Origin: Candidatus Obscuribacteraceae bacterium
GTDB lineage: Bacteria; Cyanobacteriota; Vampirovibrionia; Obscuribacterales; Obscuribacteraceae
Direction: 5' to 3'
Assembly (NCBI GenBank): GCA_044226015.1
Contig: JBGAHS010000006.1
Span: 192,001 to 256,000 of the forward strand
DNA: 64,000 nucleotides
Shown here: positions 1 through 8,457 of the stretch, in pieces
Layout: each line of letters opens with the position of its first letter
How positions within the stretch are numbered: the stretch's first letter is position 1
Notes under the pieces: model-generated
The model's database searches: none
What the model saw: the letters and a program-made list of their open reading frames with translations, nothing else
Told to the model about the DNA's origin: nothing
Position numbers and translations under genes: made by a program

Positions 1-33
1 TTTATTCATTGAACACCTCTGTCGATAGACTGC

Positions 34-1881
34 TTATTTGCTGAAAGTTTCAATTTGCCTGCTTTTATCGAAAATGCGGGTGATGTCGGGACCCTTGTTT
101 ACATGTTTCTCGAGTTCGTCCAGCAAAGCCTCACACTCTTTAAGTTCAATGCTGCTATGAGTCCTTTTGCATGCGTCAATTGCAGAGGCGAATTCGCCAC
201 GAAGCTGTTTTAGATCACATCTATTGATCAGGGTTTTCATCTCTTGTAGGTACTTCTGCGCAACTTGGTGATTCCTATTCAAAATGTTGAGTCTTAGCAT
301 TTGAATCTCAGCATAAACGACATTGTTTGGCATATCAGCAAGTGTACTAGCATTTTTTAGCTCATCGAGGTATTTTTCAGCCTCTGTGCATTTGTCCAAG
401 CGAGAAAAAGTCACGGCACATCGTCTTAAAGCTGTGAGGTATTCTTCAGATGATGGCTCTGTAAAAGCAGATGCAGCTGTGAAGTGCTTCACTGCATCGA
501 CACAATTTTCCTCATCGAGGTACGCATTACCGAGTTCCAGCTCCACTCGATAATGCAATTGCTGTGAATTAATAGAATTTCTCTCCATGAACGAAAGTAG
601 CTCGCTCAATTTCTTGATGCGTTGCTCTTTACCCTTAGGATCACGCGCAACCTCACACCAGAGGAGTGCGGCTGTTACGTATTTTTCCAGGTCCTTTTCA
701 GCAAGGGATGCTTCCATGGCTTTCTGGCAATAGTGTTTGGCCTCGGCAATTTGCTCAGGGTTAGTTCTATGACCAGTAATTCTCTGAGAGTCATAAGCAG
801 ATCTAAGCCAGTCGTCAGCGGCGCGGGTTTCTTCAATCTGCTTGGAGAGAACAGCGAATGTAGTTTTTCTAGCTGGGCGTGAGATGCTAAGCCTTTCCTT
901 TCTTGATGATTGGTAGACAAAGACGGCAACAAAAAGAAGAACTATCGCAAGGACAGCAGCCAGGATTTTTACTACATTTCTAAATGGAATTGGCTGAGCG
1001 GCTACTTCTAAATTTGAGTCAGAAAGAATACTCAACGCAGAATGCATCTCTTCTGCCGATTGGTAACGCTCATTACTTATCTTCGCCATTGCTTTCAAGA
1101 CTATTTTTTTGATGGATTGAGGCAGCTGAGGACTTGAAGGAAAAACCGGTTTTGAGTGCAAGTGTTCGTTCATCACTAGCAGGTCAGTAGCTGCGTTGAA
1201 TGGTGGCAGTCCGGTCAGCGACTCGAACATTACAGCACCTAGCGAGTACAAATCAGATGCCGGTGTAAGAGATTCCGCCCTGCATTGTTCTGGACTCATA
1301 TAGTTCGGAGTGCCGGTGACGGTTCCAGCCTGTGTGAGGGAGGTGTTATTCTCCGGGTCATCGAATAATTTGGCTAATCCAAAATCGATCAACTTAGCAC
1401 TTTCAGAGCTGAGCATTATATTTGCAGGTTTGATATCTCTGTGAATGACGCCGTTTTGGTGGGCGTAATCTAACGCCTTCAACAAATCGGAGAAAACCTG
1501 GATGAAGTGACTCACGCTAAGGAATTTTTTCTCTTCCAAAAATTCTGCCAGTGGCTTACCTTCAGCAAAATCCATAACCAAGTATGGTTGCTCTTTCCAA
1601 ACCCCGCAAGCTTTCACTGCAACTAGATTCGGATGATTCAATTGGCTAGCAATTTGCGCCTCTCTTTTGAATCTAGCTAGTCTGACTTCATCGCTTATCA
1701 GCTCTTTTCTGACGAACTTCAAGGCAACAGTTTGATCGAGAATAAGATGTGTTGCGCGGTAAACCAGCCCGCTTGCTCCACCTCCCAGAAGTTCTTCCAG
1801 GCGATATTTGTCGTCGACAACAACTCCTATGCCGATAGGGTCAGACGAATTTCCTAGTAAAGCAGGCTCGATGTTTGACAT
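34..1881 (-). CDS. Hanks-type Ser/Thr protein kinase with one TM helix and C-terminal helical (TPR-like) domain
   Basis: GGGASGLVY Gly-loop, VALK, HRDIKPANIML, DFGLAK, GTPNYMSPEQ; hydrophobic ILAAVLAIVLLFVAVFVY segment after the kinase domain. Confidence 0.95.
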   Translation of the reverse strand: MSNIEPALLGNSSDPIGIGVVVDDKYRLEELLGGGASGLVYRATHLILDQTVALKFVRKELISDEVRLARFKREAQIASQLNHPNLVAVKACGVWKEQPYLVMDFAEGKPLAEFLEEKKFLSVSHFIQVFSDLLKALDYAHQNGVIHRDIKPANIMLSSESAKLIDFGLAKLFDDPENNTSLTQAGTVTGTPNYMSPEQCRAESLTPASDLYSLGAVMFESLTGLPPFNAATDLLVMNEHLHSKPVFPSSPQLPQSIKKIVLKAMAKISNERYQSAEEMHSALSILSDSNLEVAAQPIPFRNVVKILAAVLAIVLLFVAVFVYQSSRKERLSISRPARKTTFAVLSKQIEETRAADDWLRSAYDSQRITGHRTNPEQIAEAKHYCQKAMEASLAEKDLEKYVTAALLWCEVARDPKGKEQRIKKLSELLSFMERNSINSQQLHYRVELELGNAYLDEENCVDAVKHFTAASAFTEPSSEEYLTALRRCAVTFSRLDKCTEAEKYLDELKNASTLADMPNNVVYAEIQMLRLNILNRNHQVAQKYLQEMKTLINRCDLKQLRGEFASAIDACKRTHSSIELKECEALLDELEKHVNKGPDITRIFDKSRQIETFSK

Positions 1882-1903
1882 CGCTTCTCCGAAAAATCAC
1901 TTG

Positions 1904-3496
1904 TTAGTCCAATGGAGTTCTTATCAAACAAGCGTTCATTAGCTGTTGGACCAGAAGCTTTTCCTTCTCAGCTTCACGCTCATTTATTTGTACTTCTACC
2001 CGCTGAGCCAGATCTTCAACTTTTCGAGGAGCAAAACTGAACGTGTCGCTGATAGTTTTTAAGATCACGAGAGTCAATTTTGCGGCACATAGCTTCGGGC
2101 GGTTAATCGCCAGCTTGCCCCAATAAGCCATTCGATAGGAGAGCGAATGTTTGTAAATCAAGTCGCAGAGGTTGAGGTGATAGGCATACATCAGGGAAAC
2201 AAAGTCTGTCAACACCTTTTCGGGGTCGCGCCTGTATAGCGGATTCGCGCACCTTTCATTGTGCTTCTTTATTGTTAGCTCGTAACTGGCTACAGCTTTG
2301 CTTACTATAAGAGCTCTGTCAAAGTGCTCAAGGGACCTTTTTCGAGCTGCCTCACCCATTCTTTTGCGAAGGTTTTCGTCTTGCGCGAGTTTGATAATGG
2401 CTTCGGCAAGTGCACTAGCATTTCGAGGTGGTACTACAAAACCTGTTTCATTGTGCGCAATGTATTCCTTCGACCCGCCTGCAGAAGTTCCAACGACTGG
2501 CTTGCCGCTAGCCTGAGCCTCTAGTACCGTATATGGTGCGTTCTCGTACAAAGAAGGCACAACACAGATATCACCTGACCTATAGTGTGCTGGCATTTGA
2601 TCAAGTGGCACATGACTGATGAATTGAACGGCAGATTCGCAGCCGAAATCTTTCAGTTTTTTCTTAAGAGCTGCCAGCACAGAGCTTTTACCCGGACCTG
2701 TGCTAGTGTCGGCACCCACAATGATAAATCTCGCACCAGGTACCTGCTTAAGAACCTGAGGAACAGCCTCTACAAGGTAATGAACACCTTTTCGTTCTTC
2801 GAGCCGTCCAGCAAAAAAGATACTTATTCGGCCGTCTGCTGCGATTGCCTTTTCCCCTTCCGGAGTAAATCTCTTGCAGTCAACAGGATTGTGGACAATT
2901 ACGATATCATCAAGTTTAACAGCCGTGTCAGATGCAACGTACTCGGCAAGATCTTTGCTCGGTGATGATAGGACATCTGCCTCCAGCATCGCAGCTCGCT
3001 CTAGAATTGCAACTAATTCCTGGTCGAACGATGCGCTCAGATTATGATATTTCTCGACGATGAATTTTGAATGAGGTGTATGAAGACGCACTAACAAGGG
3101 ACAAATTCTTGTAAGAGAAGGAAACAATGCCTCCGCAAGATGCTCTGGGGCTTCAACGATATCAAACGGCTTTACACTGTGCCTTTCGAGGAATTTACGC
3201 CAGACAGCCAGGCACGATTTCAAAACAAAATGGCTGTACGGAACAGAAATCCATACTGTGCTAAGTTCTTGCAAAAGTGATCCCCAGGCAGCTCTATACA
3301 CAGGAACTGCAGAGGGATCAGTCTCCATACCAACGGGACCTGTCGGTTCTTCGGTAACTTCTTTCTTGCACAATGATATGACTTCTACATCGTGTCCAGC
3401 TTCTTTCAAAGCCTTCGCGTGCTGAAACGCATATGCGCCGATTCCGCCCCAGCCAGTGTCTGGTGGATATTCTCTGGAAATAATGCAAATGCGCAA
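1904..3496 (-). CDS. Glycosyltransferase family 4 (GT-B) with C-terminal extension
   Basis: ISREYPP-GGIG N-terminus, FAGRLEERKG, PSLYENAPYTVLEAQASGKPVV (E-x7-E motif). Confidence 0.93.
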   Translation of the reverse strand: MRICIISREYPPDTGWGGIGAYAFQHAKALKEAGHDVEVISLCKKEVTEEPTGPVGMETDPSAVPVYRAAWGSLLQELSTVWISVPYSHFVLKSCLAVWRKFLERHSVKPFDIVEAPEHLAEALFPSLTRICPLLVRLHTPHSKFIVEKYHNLSASFDQELVAILERAAMLEADVLSSPSKDLAEYVASDTAVKLDDIVIVHNPVDCKRFTPEGEKAIAADGRISIFFAGRLEERKGVHYLVEAVPQVLKQVPGARFIIVGADTSTGPGKSSVLAALKKKLKDFGCESAVQFISHVPLDQMPAHYRSGDICVVPSLYENAPYTVLEAQASGKPVVGTSAGGSKEYIAHNETGFVVPPRNASALAEAIIKLAQDENLRKRMGEAARKRSLEHFDRALIVSKAVASYELTIKKHNERCANPLYRRDPEKVLTDFVSLMYAYHLNLCDLIYKHSLSYRMAYWGKLAINRPKLCAAKLTLVILKTISDTFSFAPRKVEDLAQRVEVQINEREAEKEKLLVQQLMNACLIRTPLD

Positions 3497-3562
3497 AACA
3501 AGGTTCCTTCAAACAATCGCTTGAAGATTACCCTATTTAGTGCTGATTAACATTGACCCGCC

Positions 3563-4642
3563 CTAATGGAGAGAGCCAACTTTGCCCTGTACATAACGCT
3601 GAAAACGTTGTTTATCAGTGGCTTTCATGTATACGTCTTCAGGGTCAGCTTTGCGGTCTTGCAAGAGTTTTTCCAGCGACGCGTCCATCAATATCATTCC
3701 TTGTGAACCACCAGATTGAATATGCGTTTTGATCATATTCATGTTGCCTTCACGTATAGCATTACCAAGTCCAGGGCTCGAAATAAGGATTTCATTTGCG
3801 CAAAAACGACTCTTTCCATCAGCCCCGCGCACAAGCAATTGAGAACATATAGCGACTAGTGAACCGGCGAGCATTGTGCGGACCGCAGGTTGCTGAGAAG
3901 CGGGAAAGACGTCCACAATTCTATCGATTGTTTTTGATGCAGAGTTTGTATGAAGAGTCCCAAAAACGAGAAATCCCATTTCTGCGGCAGTCAGCGCGAG
4001 CCTGATAGTTTCGAGGTCACGCATTTCACCGACCAGAATAACATCGGGATCTTCCCTGGTTGCAGCTCTCAAAGCTGAGTCAAAAGTCTGGCAGTGAGCT
4101 CCAACCTCGCGGTGTGTAATCATAGCCTTCTTCGGTGTGTGGACAAACTCAAGGGGGTCTTCAATTGTGACTATATGCTTTGCATATTTTTCATTTATCT
4201 CATTGATGATGCCTGCGAGTGTCGTTGATTTACCACTTCCAGTTGGACCAGTCACGAGAATCAATCCGCGTGAATAATCAGCGAACGTAGAAACAACTGG
4301 TGGCAAATTCAATTGTGAAAGTGGTTTGATCTTTTCCGGAATTATACGGAAGCAGGCTGCAGGTCCCTCGTTTTGCCAGAAATAATTACAACGAAACCTT
4401 GCAATGCCTTCGAGTGCGTGCGCGAAATCGAGGTCTTTATCTTTCAAGTAAAGTGCCTGTTGCTCTTCATCGAGAATCTCCAACAGCAATACTTTCACCA
4501 TATCTAGTGTCATATTGGGAGCGTTCTCTACATTCACGATGGTTCCATGTACTCTCATCTTAGGCGGCTCTCCAACCACCATAAACAAGTCAGACCCATC
4601 TTTATCTCTCAAATGTTTAAACAACGCATCAATTTTTGCCAT
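3563..4642 (-). CDS. pilT: Type IV pilus retraction ATPase PilT/PilU family
   Basis: Walker A GPTGSGKSTT, TIEDPLEF, REDPDVILVGEMRD, GTLHTNSA. Confidence 0.93.
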   Translation of the reverse strand: MAKIDALFKHLRDKDGSDLFMVVGEPPKMRVHGTIVNVENAPNMTLDMVKVLLLEILDEEQQALYLKDKDLDFAHALEGIARFRCNYFWQNEGPAACFRIIPEKIKPLSQLNLPPVVSTFADYSRGLILVTGPTGSGKSTTLAGIINEINEKYAKHIVTIEDPLEFVHTPKKAMITHREVGAHCQTFDSALRAATREDPDVILVGEMRDLETIRLALTAAEMGFLVFGTLHTNSASKTIDRIVDVFPASQQPAVRTMLAGSLVAICSQLLVRGADGKSRFCANEILISSPGLGNAIREGNMNMIKTHIQSGGSQGMILMDASLEKLLQDRKADPEDVYMKATDKQRFQRYVQGKVGSLH

Positions 4643-4660
4643 TTTGCATTCCCCTTAATT

Positions 4661-5716
4661 TTAGAGATAGGACTCGTCTGCGTACTTTTTCGCAACATCG
4701 CGAGAGACCTTGCCGGACCTGACGAGATCTCCCACACTTTGGGAAAGGCTCATCATGCCCTGGGCTCGCCCAGTCTGCAAAATTGATGGAATCTGGAATG
4801 TTTTCTTCTCTCTGATCATATTTCCCACAGCAGCGTTTATGAAGAGCAACTCGTAAGCCAACGCTCTCGATTTTCCATCAGTACAGGGCAACAAGAGCTG
4901 GCTGAATACTGCTTGAAGTGACTCTGCAAGCATAGTTCGGATTTGCGGCTGTTTATCAGGGTGAAAGCTGTCAACGATGCGAGAAATCGACTTTATTGAA
5001 TCCGTAGTGTGCATGGAAGCCATGACGAGGTGACCAGTTTCTGCAGCCGTCAGTGCCAGGCTGATCGTTTCAGCATCACGCATTTCACCAATGACAATAA
5101 CATCGGGACTTTCACGCAGGGCGGCACGCATCGCTCGCTCGTAACTGGATGTGTGAGACACTACCTGCCTCTGGTTCACGAGGCATTTTTTGTGTGGATG
5201 GACAATTTCGATAGGATCTTCGAGGGTCAAGACATGCCGACCTTGATACTTTTCATTCAGCAAATTCACCAGAGCTGACAGTGTAGTGCTCTTGCCGCAG
5301 CCTGCTGGTCCTGTAATGAGAACCAGCCCATGATGGTACTCGACAAACTTCTCCACCTGTGGTGGCACTCCGAGTTCGGCGAGAGTGAGAGGTGCCGGAG
5401 GCAAGACGCGAAAACTTGCATTAATTCCAAGGTGTCCCTGAAAAACACTTCCGCGCAAACGGGCCAGCTGAGGAATCTCGATGACAAAGTCAGCATCCAT
5501 TTTCTCAGCGAAAGTGTTTCGTTCGTGCTCAGACAAGTAGCCGAGCAACTGAGGACGTAACTCTACATCAGTCAGAGGCTGGTCACTCATGGGTACTATG
5601 CTGCCTGCCAGGCGCATAGTTGCGGGGTATCCGGTGTGCAAGTGGATGTCACTTGCTTTCAAACTTATGGCTTTCTCGACGATTTCACGCAATGAATCTG
5701 CTACTGCTACGCTCAC
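4661..5716 (-). CDS. pilT: Second PilT/PilU-family ATPase
   Basis: SDIHL, GPAGCGKSTT, TLEDPIE, RESPDVIVIGEMRD, AAETGHLV, AVGNMIRE (AIRNLIRE-like). Confidence 0.9.
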   Translation of the reverse strand: MSVAVADSLREIVEKAISLKASDIHLHTGYPATMRLAGSIVPMSDQPLTDVELRPQLLGYLSEHERNTFAEKMDADFVIEIPQLARLRGSVFQGHLGINASFRVLPPAPLTLAELGVPPQVEKFVEYHHGLVLITGPAGCGKSTTLSALVNLLNEKYQGRHVLTLEDPIEIVHPHKKCLVNQRQVVSHTSSYERAMRAALRESPDVIVIGEMRDAETISLALTAAETGHLVMASMHTTDSIKSISRIVDSFHPDKQPQIRTMLAESLQAVFSQLLLPCTDGKSRALAYELLFINAAVGNMIREKKTFQIPSILQTGRAQGMMSLSQSVGDLVRSGKVSRDVAKKYADESYL

Positions 5717-5874
5717 TCGCTGTCTCTCCCTGCTTGCCCAATCCGGTTTCGTCTACTTCAGTTATGCCCACTCCACTATGATGTCAACTCTTTCGCTCCG
5801 CTTGTCAAGGGGATATAAAGGTTACAAATCTGCATTGGCGGGGAATATTCTCGATCGAGATTTCCGGGAGACGA

Positions 5875-6564
5875 ATGAACATGGCAACAGAACAAAACAA
5901 AAATGCTCCAACAAACGAAGAGAATTTGGCTCAAGACCTGTCACCCGAAGAAGTTCTGCAGTCGCGGGTTGACAAAGACGAGGTTGTTGGTTTCATCGAA
6001 GGAATGGTTCATGCAATGGGTTCGGCAGCGGCCGGACAGATGCTTCCAATGAACCCGCTTCATCAAAAGTCTGCCTATCATGCTAGCGAACCTCCCAGCA
6101 AGAAATACCATTCAAAATCTGTTGCGCAAATTATGGGCAAACTTGAGCGCCTACAAAAATATCCAGACCGTGCAAATGACGTCTTGAATGACAGCAACAT
6201 TCATGAGTGGGTAAACCATCATGGTTGTAAGGCTAAAGAGTACTATGAAGAACTCGAATGTGCACAAGAACTCACGAGTCTTTTCGGTGGATATCGCCGC
6301 TTCGATTTAGCTATTCAAGCCGCGACTAAAGCGCGTGCAATCACCATTCTTCATCGTCGCGACGATAACGACACACTGACAGAGCTTAATTGGGTACTAG
6401 CTGACCTTAATGCTGCAGCAGACAAAATGGATGTGGCCGTCGAATGGCTCCAGAAGACACTTGACCTTGCAGAGCCAGGTGCTGGTCCAGATCATCCAAC
6501 TTACAAAGAGTTGCTTGGTGAGCTGCAGGAAACTAATGAGCGCTGCAAACTAGTTTCAGTCTAA
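5875..6564 (+). CDS. Hypothetical helical protein with TPR-like C-terminus (start may be 5881)
   Basis: Long ORF divergent from pilT, followed by a terminator; LADLNAAA...AVEWLQKTLDL...GPDHP resembles TPR repeats. Confidence 0.75.
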   Translation: MNMATEQNKNAPTNEENLAQDLSPEEVLQSRVDKDEVVGFIEGMVHAMGSAAAGQMLPMNPLHQKSAYHASEPPSKKYHSKSVAQIMGKLERLQKYPDRANDVLNDSNIHEWVNHHGCKAKEYYEELECAQELTSLFGGYRRFDLAIQAATKARAITILHRRDDNDTLTELNWVLADLNAAADKMDVAVEWLQKTLDLAEPGAGPDHPTYKELLGELQETNERCKLVSV

Positions 6565-6585
6565 AAGACAGTTCTCAATATCTTT

Positions 6586-6621
6586 AAGAGCAGGGATACA
6601 CTCCCTGCTCTTTTCTTTTTC
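6586..6621 (+). terminator. Intrinsic terminator
   Basis: AAGAGCAGGGA/TCCCTGCTCTT perfect inverted repeat followed by a T-tract. Confidence 0.85.
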
Positions 6622-6726
6622 AATGATATGACTTTTGTAAGCTTCTTCAAGGCGGAATGGAGCCAAAGGAATTTCTAATGCCAGAAAGCTGAAACTGACG
6701 AAGCGGCTAAGATTAGAGGGATTCTC

Positions 6727-7893
6727 TTGACACCTCCAGGCGGCTCAGACTATCCTGTTCAAGCTCGAACGCTAGGACCCGCCCATTCGCGCAGGCACGG
6801 ACTTATGCCCTGGATTTCTCCATATGGACTTCTCGAGATATTTGCAGGATTCGTCCTGGTAACCCTGCTTCTTTTTGATATTTTCCAAGCCGTACTGGTA
6901 CCCCGTTTCACGCCAGCTTCGATGCGGCTGACTCCAAATCTAATTGGTCGATTTGCCTGGCCTATCTTTCGCAAATTTTCAGCACACGTGCACAATGAAA
7001 TGTTACTCGACCATATGCTTGGAGTGTTCGCTCCATTTGTATTTGTTTTGATTTTTTCGCTTGCGATGGCGTCTTTGATCTTAGGATTCGGAATGATAGT
7101 GTTGGGTTTGGGTCCGCATTTTACGCCTCAAATCGATGACTATGGCACTGCCTGTTATACGGCTGCTACCGCAGTTCTCACACTGGGGTTCGGCGATTTT
7201 GTTGCAACGGGACCTTTAGCGCGCATCATTCTTATTATTGCCGCTTCAACCGGCATCTCGGTGGCTGCTATCGCTGTCTCTTTCATTTTCTCGATGCAAA
7301 CGAACGTTCATCTCAGAGAGCAAATGGTGCACGCTATGCAAATGCGCATAAAACCTGAGAACTCTGCGCTTGCAGTTCTTCTGAATTATGCTGATCTCGG
7401 CATAACAAATCAGCTCATCTCAGACATTCAAAGCTGGGAGATGTGGATGGCACAAGTTCTAACGAGTCATCGCTCATTTCCACTGTTGTGCTATTTTCGT
7501 TCGGGGCATGGCAGTGTTCCATGGGTGACCGTTATTGGTATCATGCTTGACGTTGCTAATTTACTGAGCACTACAGTCAACGAAAAACGCTACGCACACA
7601 GTGCTTTTTTGCTTCACATAGGAACCAAAATTCTAGTTGATTTCCGAAACTATTTTGACCTGGCGCCAGTTGAAGTCAGCATCCAGAGAGAGGAATTTTG
7701 CCAGGCGTATGCACAGTTGAAAGCGCGAGGCTATGTGATGCACGATGAAGAAGTCGCCTGGGAGCGGTTTCATCTGAATCGCAGCCAATATGCGCCATCA
7801 CTGAATGCTCTATGCTACCAATTTCTCAGTCCACTGCCGAATTTTGCAGCTTCTCTGCGATCTGAAGAGAAAACTGGGGCAAACATAGTTTGA
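6727..7893 (+). CDS. Two-TM potassium-channel-family (Ion_trans_2-like) membrane protein
   Basis: Pore-loop TAVLTLGFGD between hydrophobic helices; SHRSFPLLCYFRS C-terminal motif; GAGGG RBS before TTG. Confidence 0.85.
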   Translation: MTPPGGSDYPVQARTLGPAHSRRHGLMPWISPYGLLEIFAGFVLVTLLLFDIFQAVLVPRFTPASMRLTPNLIGRFAWPIFRKFSAHVHNEMLLDHMLGVFAPFVFVLIFSLAMASLILGFGMIVLGLGPHFTPQIDDYGTACYTAATAVLTLGFGDFVATGPLARIILIIAASTGISVAAIAVSFIFSMQTNVHLREQMVHAMQMRIKPENSALAVLLNYADLGITNQLISDIQSWEMWMAQVLTSHRSFPLLCYFRSGHGSVPWVTVIGIMLDVANLLSTTVNEKRYAHSAFLLHIGTKILVDFRNYFDLAPVEVSIQREEFCQAYAQLKARGYVMHDEEVAWERFHLNRSQYAPSLNALCYQFLSPLPNFAASLRSEEKTGANIV

Positions 7894-7968
7894 ATTCAGG
7901 CTTCCAAAATTTAAACCTTGAAAGTTCCAAAGCTAAAGGCTAAGCTCAAAGGGTAAGCTCCATCATGC

Positions 7969-8457
7969 TTGAGCAATATGCACCGCAGAGTAAGCCGACG
8001 TCGCTCGGAACCAAACCCTGAAAAAGATGCGTCAAAAGAGGCATTGAAACTTGCTTTCCGGCACGAAGTGCGCCCGGAGGACTATTTACTGCGTGTTTGG
8101 GGAACGTCAATTCTGGCTGGCTTTTACTACACCTTTTTGGCATGTACTAGAAATGGGTCTTTTGAACTAGGACTTCTGGTTCCTCTCAACGCGAAATGGA
8201 ACGGACATGATCCCTATGGAAATCTGTATCTTGAAACTTGGTCAACGATCTTTGTCGACTCGCTTCAGGTCGGTTTTATCATTTGGGGAACAGTCTTGCT
8301 ACTGACCGGAATATATCGAGCTTTCAAAAGAGACAAGTATATTTTTGCTTGCTTCTACCTTGGTATTGCATTCGTAGGATTTTTTCTCTTTCTTCCCGGC
8401 TGGACTCAGAGCCTGCTTAACATGCTAATTGAGAAGTGTCCTGTTCTAGTTCAATAG
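7969..8457 (+). CDS. Hypothetical membrane protein (about 3 TM)
   Basis: Three hydrophobic segments; fills the gap between flanking genes. Confidence 0.7.
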   Translation: MSNMHRRVSRRRSEPNPEKDASKEALKLAFRHEVRPEDYLLRVWGTSILAGFYYTFLACTRNGSFELGLLVPLNAKWNGHDPYGNLYLETWSTIFVDSLQVGFIIWGTVLLLTGIYRAFKRDKYIFACFYLGIAFVGFFLFLPGWTQSLLNMLIEKCPVLVQ

